64,000 nucleotides of DNA from Laetmonice hystrix (lineage: Eukaryota), in the NCBI GenBank assembly GCA_965235115.1, contig OZ249441.1, forward strand, positions 13,888,001 to 13,952,000, given 5' to 3'. The translations under genes were made by a program, and so were the position numbers. Position 1 is the first letter of the stretch. The number at the start of each line of letters is the position of its first letter. The notes under the pieces are model-generated. The model saw only the letters and a program-made list of their open reading frames with translations, searched no databases and was not told the DNA's origin. This document shows positions 35,825-47,600 of this stretch, piece after piece.

Positions 35825-38800
35825 TTAAGTTCCTTCCTTAGGTACAGTCCCCACTTCATCCATTTTCTTCTGTAACTCTCTCTGTATGATCTTTTGACGA
35901 TCACAGAAACCAAGACGGCCCTTACCAAAAGAGTTTGGCCCAGCAGCAGTGGGCGTTTCCCTACAATAGAAAATAAAATCAATTCACGTATTTACCAAGA
36001 AGAGTGTTACACTAAAACCAAATAAAAAGCACACCAATGGAAAAAACATGGTTGCCAAACTAAATCACAACTAATAATATAATGACAACTTTTATTCTTA
36101 TTCAAATCTGAGGTTAATTGTAATACGGATTCTTTTCAAACGTGCCTGATCTACTCAAGATAAACCAAGCATGACTCCTAAATTATCATAAATATTTAGA
36201 TTAGAATAAAGAAAGTTTGTCAGATTTCAAAAATACTGAAGTCTTATTAAAGACATCACACCTGCCAAGATTCCGCATTCTCATCTTGGCTTCTGCAGGC
36301 ATTTCATCCTCGTCACTCTGTTTAAAAGTAAGTCAGTTTTTCTTATTCCCTCAAGTAATAAATCTGGCGGTATCAAAAACTATGAAAACTATGCATATAG
36401 TGATATATCTGGTAGTTAATAATGTATTTTACCATGATCTTTATCAAATCAGTAAAACTGCACCAGGGGCCGGTTTTACTAAAGATCGATAATAACGACG
36501 TCGATAATTTAACATAGAAGTGAATGGTTGCTACTGCTAGGTCTTTGTTTTCGACCTAGCAACCCATTCACTTTTATGTTAAATTATTGACATCGGTATT
36601 TTCGACTCTTTAGTAAAATGGGCCTCTGGTACAATATGTATATAAATATGCGAGGATAGGCACTTGAAATCTAAGCACGAAGCAGACACACCAAAGTGAA
36701 ATAAGACAAGAATATCTTACATCATCCGATTCATTGAATACATTAGCCAATGCTGCAGGCTTCTTTAGACTTTGGGGAGCCTTTTGCTTCTGGAAACACC
36801 AATTAAAAGTATATTGTTATGGACTGAAAAGTGACTGGAAAGGATATTCTCCTCAGTCATCAGTCTCTATGATCGAGAGCTAAAATATGATGACTTAATC
36901 AAAAGGTAAACATTTGATACTAAATTACAGACAAAAAATGTAAGCATACCCTAAAGTAAAGTAAAGTAAAGTAAAGTACAGACAGATTTCTGTACAAAAA
37001 CTTATTCATTACACAGTAAATTTATCAAGAAATTACAACCACCTTTACAATGGAGCATTTGGATGCTGCAACTAATGATAAAATAATGTATCCATAATAA
37101 TCATTTGTCCTTTTTAAAAGACGCTCACCTGGACACCTAAGGACATCTTGATGGGAGCCACAGGTTTTTTACTTATGTTGGCTGGAGCTAGAGCAGAACC
37201 TGAGACTTTATGACCGGCCGTTTTATTCAGTGCCATGGAGAACCCTATTGCCTTCATGGGCTGTGGTGCTGCCACCTGTGCAGAGCTACGTCCCATTGTC
37301 ATCGCGAAGCCTGCTGCCTTTTTTGGTGATGGCTCTGAGCTGGGCTCAGAGGGTGGGTTGTCTGCATCACTGTCATCAGAGTCAGAGTGGTGGCCATATG
37401 TTGCTGCAAATGCTTCAGTGAATTTCCTCTTTTGAGCTTCTTCACTGTCACTGAATCGCCTCACTGCTATGGGCTGCCCATCCAGGTTGTCATGGGACTG
37501 ATATCTCCTCTCATCTTGGTGATCACCTCGATCATCCTGGACATCCGATCTGCCAGACACACTCGGAGATAGGCTTGTATCACTGCCTTCAGCCCCTTGG
37601 TAGCTGCCATGTTTCTGATTACCACCAGAGGGTCCACCAGAGCGGTCACTGACTGCTTGGTGGCCACCTTGACCCCAGACTGTACCGCTGGCCTGAACTG
37701 TCCTTGGTCCTGTTGCAAGGTCATGGCTTGATGGAGTTCTCCACTGGTCAGCATATTCAGTGGTATCCCCATAGTTGTACTGACCAAGCTTACTGTATGA
37801 CCTATCACTTTCTCTAGGGTAATGCCCTTGCTGTAACTGTGAATATAAATCTTTGTCCTTAGGCTGATGAGGTGGAGGATCTGCCTTGTCTGATGGCCGG
37901 TCCCACCGACTTCTCCTAGATGGCTGGCTTGGAGCATTGCCTGTGTGGTAAAGACTGGGAACGATGAGATACAATAATGAGCAGGATGTTCAAACACATT
38001 TTGTTCACTTTTATTCTTTTAAAAAAGATCTATAATGCATTTAAAATAATCTATAATATTAAACGATGCCAAGAAAATTTAAGATATATTGGTATTTTTG
38101 ATATAGGTACAAACGTATAAGGTATAGGCATAAGTTGTGTCCGAGGAGAAATCTAGGCACCACCATGTAGGTAGGGCTGTGAATCCTGTGATCAAAATGT
38201 GGGCCAACATAACATCCAATGAGACTGTCAGGGATCAAATTTCATTGGTCAGGGGGCACTGCAATTATTCTCGTTTGCGAGGTCAGTTCTTTCGGTCCTG
38301 AGTAGCCTGACGACCGGTGAAAACAAGGGTATGAAGAAGCGTTGCCCCCCGTGACAGTTTAATTATAGGAAAGTGTGATGACCAAACCCAAGCCAGTAAC
38401 ACCTATATTTAGTTCCGTTGCGTTGCTAGACTTTTGTTTGCAAAGATAGCAGCGCCACCTAGAAATGCCCGGATTATCGGAAACGAGAATTGCCTTGGAA
38501 ATCCTTTGGATCATGAGGAGACCACAGCAATTCCAATGATTGGTGAGGTATATCAAGGCAAATTTTAAAACTTTTAAAATGGGCAACACGGCAAACTATG
38601 CATAAAGTGCCTACTACTACTAGTAGTAGTACTAGACTAGTACTAGTACTAGCAGCCTAGGCCTAGCCCTAGTATATGGTTTTAGTCTATTAACAGACAT
38701 CACATTGGGCTTAGCTAAGCCTTAGAGTTAGACTATACTCCTAGATCTATCATCTATAATAGGCCTAATTGGCCGCCTAGGCTAAGTCAGTAACTTGACT

Positions 38801-39079
38801 CATTGACTTGAATAAGCATGGCCATGGTGGTGCCTTGGTCCGTTGGTGGGTGGTATGTTCAGACAGTAACGAAACGAGTCAGAGCAAGGCTGAGTTAGCA
38901 GAGAAAACTGCTCTAGGAAGAGATACTACAATCTCCAACGTGCAGAGCCACATTTCTTAGGTACCACCTCATCTAGTCGTCATTACATAGACTGCCAATA
39001 GACTTAAAATATACTGTATAATTCAGTAAGTCCAACCTTCTTCTCTCGGGTATGTGTTGTTCCACTTGGAGTCCGCCAT
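35825..39079 (-). CDS. PCNP: PEST proteolytic signal-containing nuclear protein homolog, 371 aa, 5 exons
   Basis: Minus-strand exons 39079-39037, 37940-37129, 36789-36721, 36317-36262, 35960-35825; phases 1,0,0,2; 1116 nt. C-terminus [40 protein letters not shown] matches the PCNP signature. First exon is less certain (GTTGGA donor). Confidence 0.92.
36467..36625. mobile_element. Fully palindromic Harbinger-like MITE in a PCNP intron
   Basis: Arms GGGCCGGTTTTACTAAAG..CTAGGTC and GACCTAG..CTTTAGTAAAATGGGCCT around a 9-nt loop; CAG/CTG flanks. Confidence 0.8.
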
Positions 39080-39432
39080 GTTGACGTTCTGGTCAGTTGG
39101 TGTATCGGCGGATATTAGCCTAATGGTGAACACAGACGCCCAGTGCTTTGGGAAGACGCTAGAACTTGTAACTTATTTTTGACAATTTTGCGCCCTGAAG
39201 ATTATTCAAAAATATTTCCCATTTTAATGGACACTAAAGCAAAGCCAAAGTCAAAGAGCATAAGGCAGGTAGATGGCATTGATTGGTACTGTGGCGCCAC
39301 CTTGTGTTTCGATGTGTAGTCGGGGTCCGCCGCGACACTACCCCTTCCGCCATGGACGGCCCATGGACCACGTTCGTCCTCCCGAGTGTAAATATAGCAG
39401 CGGGGGAGATGACAAGATAACCCTGGGAAAAG
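39073..39432. promoter_or_regulatory. Bidirectional promoter region PCNP / TMEM242
   Basis: Divergent ATGs at 39079 (-) and 39433 (+), 353 bp apart; CpG-rich; YY1-type CCGCCATGTT at 39073-39082 and CTTCCGCCATGG near 39344-39355. Confidence 0.8.
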
Positions 39433-41636
39433 ATGGAACCAACTGATTCAGTAAGGGATAGCCAGAAAAAGAAAACAGCAGCAGGTATAACACTAGTACT
39501 AGTAGGCCTATATAACTCAAGTGACAAGTCACCTAGCATGATTGATAGTGATAGGCGTAGCCGTAACGTTAGGCCCGGTAGGGCCGGCGTAGGAACCGGG
39601 GGGTGGGGGCGGGGGGCTTGGGCGTCAGCCCCCCCCCCCCCCACTATCAAAACTGTGTGTGTGTATGGGGGGGGGGGGGTCCATGGGGGGGGGGCTGTTC
39701 GTTTCAGACCCCCCCCCCCCAACATTTGGGTGCTTTCTTGGTCGAGATGGGTTTCATGCCGATTTTTTATAAAAATTATGAAATTTTTTAAATAGATTTG
39801 AGAGAGATTTTTGTATGATATGCTCAGAAAATGCGTCTCCGGCATTCCTGAAAAAAAAATTCTGGGGGCGGGCGGTGGCCATGGATTATCGCCTGTAACC
39901 TTCACCCCCCCCACCCCCCACCCCCCCCCCACCCCCCCACTAAAAAGAGCTTCCTATGCTGATGAGTCAAGTAATGGTTTTTTAGTATTTTTTAGTGTTA
40001 CCCAGGCCACTCTCTATCATATCTGCCTATTCAAAAAGTACACACCTTTCATGATGGTAGTTGTTAGGTCTACGAGTGATTCAGCCCCTTGTCAAGACAC
40101 AGTGCTTGCCGTTTGACAGGAGCGATCGCTCCCGCGCCCATCCGCTCCCATAAAATCAGGTTTACGAGTGCTATCAATCGCTCCCGCCGGCCAAAAGAAT
40201 GTTAACAACAGATAAGTGCGATTCCTTCGCGCAGACCACTTAAAAGTTTCAGTCTGAGTATTTTATGAGCATCAAAAATGCATAGATAAAGTATAATGCA
40301 GCGCTGCCAGCTGCCAGGCCTCCACATGTACTGGTTTTGTTGAGCTCATTCCATTTCACATTAAAGTGACTGTTTCCATTTTCCAGGAGAGCTAATAGCT
40401 CCTGTACAATAAAGTGCGAGAGCAATGAAACGCTCTCCTGGTTGCATATTTCAGAGGGCAAGCACTGAAGACATGTTTGTTGTTTTCACAGCAAAGAATA
40501 TACGGAATGATTGTTGTGTTCACACAGGTTGGCTCTTTCTCAGTGGGATTGCAGGATTGTCCTTAACAAGTGGATTTGGTTTCACCATTGCTCTGGCCAA
40601 AAAGAAGGACCCTGCAATGTTTAACAAGGTATGAAAGGTCAAAGGCCCTTGTAAATTTGGCCTACCTAGATTTAGGGGGAAAGGTCAAACTGGTTTATTT
40701 GATTCCACTGCAGTCTAAATTATAATAGAAATAAAGTTTTGAAAAGATTTTCTTAAAGAAGTAATTTTTTTAATGATGTATGCATCTAGAGTGAGTGAAT
40801 TAGGGTCCTTCATAATGATCCTGTTAATGTGATTTCCAGGGTTTAATTGGAGCTACTGCAGAGAGTGGAGGAACACTCGCAATGAGAGCCCTTGGATGGG
40901 GAACACTGTATGCTGTCTCTGGCTTTGGACTGTTTTGTTTAGGAGTATGGAAGATTCTTGGTGTACATAGTGTAAGTATTGGTAGTTCTGTAAGGAATAA
41001 GTTGTCAACAGCTAAGTTGTGACTTTACACTACAGATCGAGTTAATCTCAATTCAATTTATGGGCAAAGAAAATACTAATTACATAGATTTCTCTAGCTT
41101 TAAATTAGTGTATTCTGCATCACTGTTTATTGCAGAAAAAAGTTTAAGTGTTAATGAAGAAATACATACATAGTACACATTTGATTTCCCATACAGTTAG
41201 TTTGTAGATATTCTTCCCTGATAAACAATGCCAAAACTCACAATGCTGATTCAGTTCGTCAAAATGTTCAGTGTAATCGGCTCCACCCTGTCGGTTCATT
41301 TTTGGCTGTTGACATGTCCGTTACTCTACCCAAGAAGGTCACAACAAGAGCAATATCGCAAAGAATAAAGAATGTGTGGAAGAAGGTAGGGCCAGTTCAA
41401 AAAATACATCTGGGCCTGTTAATTTTTTTTACGCATTTCGGACACTGTGAACACATTGAAAAATCATTAACATTATTATATTTCGTTTTCAGATGGAAGA
41501 ATTTACTGCAAAGATGCAATGTGCAATGCCACAGGTGCCCAAAAATGAACCTCAGGGCCGTAATGACTTCAAAACAGTTCGCGACGTCTTTGACTATATT
41601 ATTTCTGAAGATGAGAATAAAAAGAAGAAATCATAA
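39433..41636 (+). CDS. TMEM242: Transmembrane protein 242 (mitochondrial ATP synthase assembly factor family), 142 aa, 4 exons
   Basis: Exons 39433-39484, 40528-40628, 40840-40971, 41493-41636; 429 nt; signature LAKKKDP..FNKG..ESGGTLAMRALGWGTLYA..VWKILGVHSM. Confidence 0.93.
40105..40425 (-). mobile_element. Helitron-like non-autonomous repeat, copy 1
   Basis: Both ends shared with 49590-49897 (CTTGCCGTTTGAC.GGAGCGATCGC..AAAATCAGGTTT and TTTCCATTTTCCAGGAGAG.TAATAGCTCCTGTACAATAAAGTGCGAGAGC). Confidence 0.6.
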
Positions 41637-41715
41637 CTGATGATGCACATCTTGTTTTGTGAATAAATAATAAATTATGTAATTATAACCTCGATCTGGT
41701 CAGTTATTACATCTG

Positions 41716-41886
41716 GGGTCCGTTCCACTAACGAAAGACGTCTTTAGCAAAGACGTCTTTGGAAAGACGTCTTTGCGGGGCCAATGTTAAAGAATAGGAG
41801 CTTAGTGGAACACCCGTCGCCGCAAAGACCTCTTTGGGCTCAGCGACCATTTCAAAGACGTCTTTCGGGCTTAGTGGAACGGACCC
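41716..41886. mobile_element. Harbinger-like MITE
   Basis: Perfect 16-bp TIR GGGTCCGTTCCACTAA / TTAGTGGAACGGACCC, CTG target duplication, internal AAAGACGTCTTT palindromes. Confidence 0.88.
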
Positions 41887-43320
41887 CTGGCCCTCTGGCA
41901 GCGCGTTCGATGAGCGGTGACCCAGTCACGCGGTGCGCCACAGATGGCTGACGGAGCTACGGGCCCGACTTGCTCGTAAACAACCGGACCGTGTGGATGT
42001 TATATTTGTCTAATAATCATAATCAAGGTCGGATTAGAAATTTAATTACCGTTGCTCTCTGAAAATATCGATTTCATTTCAGTGGAAGAAGTTTAGTATT
42101 AAAACGAAGGCCACAAAGTTGCGATAACAGACCCCTTCGCAGAGCGTCACCAGGCCAGAGTCACTACAGCTGGGGTGGTTTCTGATGTTTCCGAAGATCC
42201 ATTCCTTATACACAGCTTCTTGGGAATTTCTGTAAATTTTTCCCTCCTCACTTTCTCTGATTGCTTTATAAACCTTCCTTTATGCTTCGCAGGCATATTC
42301 AATCGTATGGTAGCACTCTTGATTATAAGGTCGAAGGAGGCCGCCAAACAAAAATACCGCGCAATGATGATGCGCATTTAAACAAATGTAACATTGAACT
42401 CAATGAAACCTGTTTTTTGCATTGACGATTTTCCACTCTACATCAAAAATTAGAACGGTGACCTACCGTTTTCTCTCGTTTACAATGATCAATATTGTCC
42501 TAAGATGGATATATGGAAAATTTGGAAGAATGTTATTAGCAGAAGTAGTTCAGCGGAAGTAAAAACGTCCCAGAAGGTCTATATCCCCATTGAATCCTGT
42601 ATTAAATTGATAAATCTTTACCCGTCATTTTCTCGAAAATTAGCACGGTGACCTATCATTGTAATGCTTTATCTTGAAGCTTATACTATGACTATGCTAT
42701 ACACCAAAAAATTAGAACTTTGGTATTGTTTTTAATTTTTGGCCTATGACGCCGGTTTATCTTTACTATTTCTGACTTTCGTCTTCATACCTCTTACCCA
42801 AAATTGAAAAAAAAAATTTGAAAATCTGGGAACAAAATCCAAGGTTTCCTGGGGGGAGGGGGGCAGCTGCCCCCTGCCCCAGCTAGTGTAGGCAGAAATA
42901 ACGGAGATAATTAAGGGGCGGGGTTGCAACTAAAGTGGGGGTTCCCAATTTGGAAGGGAGGTCCAGGCAACCCGGAACCCCCTGGCTACACCCTTGATTT
43001 GAACAAAATGACCCTGTGTACCACCAACGGCATGGGCCACACGGTCGAAATGCGGCAGCGCCTGCTGGCGGAAATTTTGATAACTATGGCAGTATGGGAT
43101 GGGCACGGCTGGCATGCTTACAATCTGTAATTACGCTACTAAAATATTATGATCATTTCAGACTTTATGCCTTATCTCTTTTTGATATATGATACTAGTT
43201 ATGTTTCTGTTCGTCGTTATTGATGTTTGAAGTGCCAAAGCGCAGTGCAAGACGGTCCGCCAAAATAATTATTGATTAGCCTACGCTTTGACAGCCGACT
43301 GTAGTGCCACAGGCGGCCAC

Positions 43321-43442
43321 TGATTAGTTCCAGCATTCCCGCTTGATGGCACTGAATAGGGTGCTGCCATCTGTTCCAAGTCAAAAGGATAGATGGCAGC
43401 ACCCTTTTTCGTGCCATCTAGCGGGAATTATGGAACTAATCA
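43321..43442. repeat. 122-bp inverted repeat (57-bp arms, 8-nt loop)
   Basis: TGATTAGTTCC..GGGTGCTGCCATCTGTTCC / AGGATAGATGGCAGCACCC..GGAACTAATCA; 48 of 57 positions complementary by hand count. Confidence 0.9.
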
Positions 43443-44401
43443 CGATTCATCGGCAGCGGTCGAACTTCGCTTCGGTTCGGCACTTCAAAGGTTCATAGCG
43501 ACGAACGAAATAATGCTTATCGCGTGTGAAGAGGGAGTTAACAAGTCAAAGGTTGAAATGATGATTGGATTTCCTACGGATTCTAAGTGAATTGTCAAAG
43601 GAAACGTAACGAACGTGTGTTGTTGATGTAAAATCATTTCAGCTTCCAAGGTTTCATAAAAGTGCCGCCAGTAGGCGCTGGTGTATACAATATCCAATCA
43701 GTTAGTTCCACTTAACCCGAACTTTTGGGGAAATCGGAAAAAGTTTGGGTTAACCGAAAATTCGGGTTAGCCTAACCGAAATAGCCCCATTTAGGCTCAT
43801 AACCATTAGACCTATGTCAAAGTCAAACCGCTGTATATGTATTTTAATATGTTGTAGGCCCTAGGCCTATATTTTATAATAGTAGGCTACATAGGGAGAG
43901 TGAATAGATAGAGGAAAAACATTTTATTGGTTCAGCTTAACATAAATATCGATATATAAAAGGGCTTCTTCAATGTCGGGGTAGGCTGACTGGCGGATTT
44001 TCTTACGCCACGGGTGACCAAAAGGTACAACCTTGCCCAGGCTATCCCCCATAGGCCTATATTTCATCATGAATCCCTGTTGCATGCGACAAACAAAATG
44101 GACGAAAATGAACTTAAAATGTATATAACTTCTTCATTGGCCTACGATAGGCTATAACTTATAGCTTAGTCTTAGAGTTAGATCTAGAAATCTATCTGCG
44201 TGTCTGGCATCAAGCCTATATCAGACAACAACAAAATGGGGTTTAAAATACATTTATCGGCCATATATTACAAACTTAAACTGCATTATTAGCTTTGTGT
44301 AATAAAACCAAGAATGAACCCAAAGGGGGTGGGGGTTGGCTGGCCGGTCGTCGACCGCAGAGCCCCCTAGCGAGTGAGCCGAGAACCAGCTTAGGTTGCA
44401 A

Positions 44402-44430
44402 GCGGAAGTCCTCTCGATTGCGCATGCGCA
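44402..44430. promoter_or_regulatory. ETS-like and NRF1 motifs upstream of ZDHHC14-like gene
   Basis: GCGGAAGT at 44402-44409; perfect TGCGCATGCGCA at 44419-44430, about 220 bp upstream of the ATG. Confidence 0.7.
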
Positions 44431-44647
44431 TAGCCACATGTCTTCTTCTAGAGGTGGAACGTTTGAGGAAATATACCAAAACACCGTTTGTTTTCTCCAA
44501 TGCCCTTAATCGGATAGATTAGTAACGACGCTTACAATGAAAATGACATGTTATGACATCGTTCTGCCAATTGTGTGAATGTGATTCCACGTTTGGATCA
44601 GGCTGTGTACCCCAGACCGGAGAAGGCGACGCTACCCTCCCTATGCT

Positions 44648-47600
44648 ATGGTGAATCGGTCGCCGTACAGCGCGTACACTCCGGTTTCAACAGAATCGCC
44701 AACCAAGCTGTCGGAAGAAGAGGAAGAAGACGCCGACGAAGTGCTCACGGTTGGTGCCTTCTCCACCATGCCAAGGCCGACGCGCAGGTGGGAGGTGTTC
44801 CCGGGTAGAAACAAGTTCTGTTGTGATGGCCGTATCATGATGGCCAAACAATCCGGAATATTCTATTTTACAGTCGTGCTTATCGTCGTTACGTCGGGAC
44901 TTTTCTTCGGATTCGAGTGAGTAAAGTTATCTTAAAAATACCACGTGAGCTACTGAGGTCACATTTATTTACTGTTTGTACGACCCTGTCAACGATGGTT
45001 CTAGGCTTCACTCTACTGCAGATGATCTTGTAGTTGTAGCCTATTCCAGAGTCAGAGACTAACCCAATCAACTAAACTGAAGCCCCAACCCCAGTTCAAT
45101 CACCAGTGTTTACATTACAATGTTGTTTACTTACAATACATTACTACACTAACACTAGACTCTTTGACTTTGGACACTTGGTCTCCCTAGTAATCCTGCT
45201 GGGGCCTCATGATGTACCCAATTGCAGTGTTTGGTTAGGCCAGACTTAAAAGATTGTTTGTTCCAAAGCCAGAGAGGAAAGATTTATTTAAAAAGGTATT
45301 TTTTCCCCTTCTGGAAGAGATGGCAGTGTGTGAAATTGTGTCTGATAACAATTGAAAATTGAAGACGTTTACTAAAGTTTGCCAAACACATGGTTTCAGG
45401 GGTGGCCGATTTTTTAAATTAATCACTTGCAACAGGACAAGTGGACTACAAAATTGCACTTGCCCAGCTCTGGGGTGCGTTGCATAAAAAATCCCCGTCC
45501 GTTAAATCCCCCGCTAACGGTCAGTTAACGGGATGTTGCGTTGCATAATAAATTCCCACCCGCTACAGGTCCCGTTAACTGTTGTTTTTTCACGGGCACC
45601 TAAAAGGTGCCCGCTATTTTAACGGGGCATTTTAACGGATCGGGCGGGGATTTTTTTATGCAACGGGCCCCTGACATCCACATGCCCTCTATACTTGTTA
45701 TTAAGTCTATGTTGGGTCAGAGCACTAGCCATCGGGCTATTGTGGTTGGTCTGTTGAACTTGCCCGACCATGCAATCATCTTGCGTCGGGCGGTAGGAAT
45801 CGGCCATCACTGGTTCAACTTCAAGTCATGCAGCTGGATTTTTCAGAACAAACACATATCTCCACGGTAGACATTGGCCTACCCAGAAACTGGACCCAGG
45901 GGGATGCTGGAAATAACCAACGTCGTAGGCGCTGCAAATTGGCAACAAGCGCACCAAAAACAAAACCAAAAATTTGCCGAATTGAGGGGGGTACGCTACT
46001 GGTAGATATGAAAGTAATAGACAGTTAATTCCTGATTGTCCAACTGCTTACTCCAAATAAAAATGAATTGTCCACACAAGCCAAAGCAGGGTCCGCCAAA
46101 TCGAGGGACAGTTGGTCGCCCGTCGGGCTACTACATCAGTACATGTCACTTATCATGTGTGCCTGGCCCTGGTGCTGGGCTGAAGCCTACGTTTTGCTGG
46201 CAGCCAGCATGAGAGTAATGTTGGTGCTGACGGTGTAGAGTCGGCTGACCAAATAACCTTTGCAGTTGATGGGTCAAAGTTTGAGGATTTTGACCCAGAC
46301 ATTGCAATAGACCACTGGCTGACAGATAACCTGGCTATCTTGATGGCCATGAAGTAGGGGTGTGAAAACACTATTCAAGTTTTTGAGGCAAATAAAATTA
46401 TTTTTTGTGAATTAAAGCTTTTCTTTACTATATTTTAACCAAAAAATCCTGCGCAACCAGTTCTATTTGTTGTCGGGCAACCGCTTTTGATTTTGTGGTT
46501 GCCCACTAGGCAACCACATTTCTGGGGGATTTGGCGGACCCCCCACAAACACACTTGAGCTCTGGGCGGACGGATGATGAACTGACAGAATAAAGGGATG
46601 ATCTGGTAGAAGTAGATGATGTTGGCGCCAGGCGGCCAAGTCGATGGCCATTGCAATCCATCGTTGCATGACTATAAATGTTCAGTGCCGTCTGCACTAT
46701 GTAAAAGTTCACTCGTTCTCAGACGAATGGTTCTCCTTGTAGGATATAAATGGTTCAAGCTCAATAGCTTGATATATATGCTAGCTTGATAGCTTATCGA
46801 ACTCCTTGGAGTGTAAATATTATGCTAGTAACTAGTATAGTCAAATTTGGACATATATGTTTGTGCAGCTGAGTTGTGGATGGTTTCCTCGGCTGAATTT
46901 AGGGAACATTTTAAACTTGGGACGTTGGGTGATTATTTAATTGGTCCAATGAAAGTGACATAGCTGGACCTGCTACAGCAAGGTTGCACATCTTTAAGTT
47001 TAATGAGTGGGGCACATGCGGTGAGCGGGTGGTAAGGTGACACAGGGTTCTAGACATACTGGCGGCGAGTGGGCCTAAAGACAATGGGACCCAGCGTGAG
47101 GTAATACAATAACCTTGGGCCAAAGTTAGAAATGGGGTTTTAGGGTTCTAGAGCTAGTCCTATCTCTCAGCATTGGGGAAATACATAGTTTACTGTGCAT
47201 GCCTCAGTTGGCCTCAGAATGTACCATTTGACATTTATTTAGATATATAGGAACATTTTCTGGGGGAGGTCCCCAGACACCAGTTGGCCTCAGAATGCAC
47301 CATTTGACATTTATTTAGATATATAGGAACATTTTCTGGGGGAGGTCCCCAGACACCCTGGATACAGGAGGAGACACCCCTACCAGCACTGGCTGGTGGC
47401 CAGTGCACCAGTGCACTCTGCTCACCACATTGGTTTTCGCTGATTTTCAGTTTCCACTTGCACTTTTGCAGCAACACTACTATTTTGTCCTAGCTAGAAC
47501 CCTGTCAGGACTACAACTTACTCACTTTAAATAGTCACTACTAGTTTGTGACAAATTATCGTGAAGAAATTTTTGCAGACAAAATAACCCTGAAAATAGC

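Noticed and set aside
39582-39964. MITE-like G/C-tract segment in TMEM242 intron 1 and its overlapping ORFs
   Set aside because: Only about 10 of 16 terminal bases pair; the ORFs are low-complexity artefacts.
42147-42377. Minus-strand ORF with a basic, transposase-like start (MPAKHKGRFIKQSEKVRREKF)
   Set aside because: Too short, no catalytic motif and no paired TIR found; at most a decayed fragment.
43699-43790. Tigger-like left end with a 15-bp hairpin (TTAACCCGAACTTTT / AAAAGTTTGGGTTAA)
   Set aside because: No matching right TIR seen; likely a truncated MITE, not a terminator or ncRNA.
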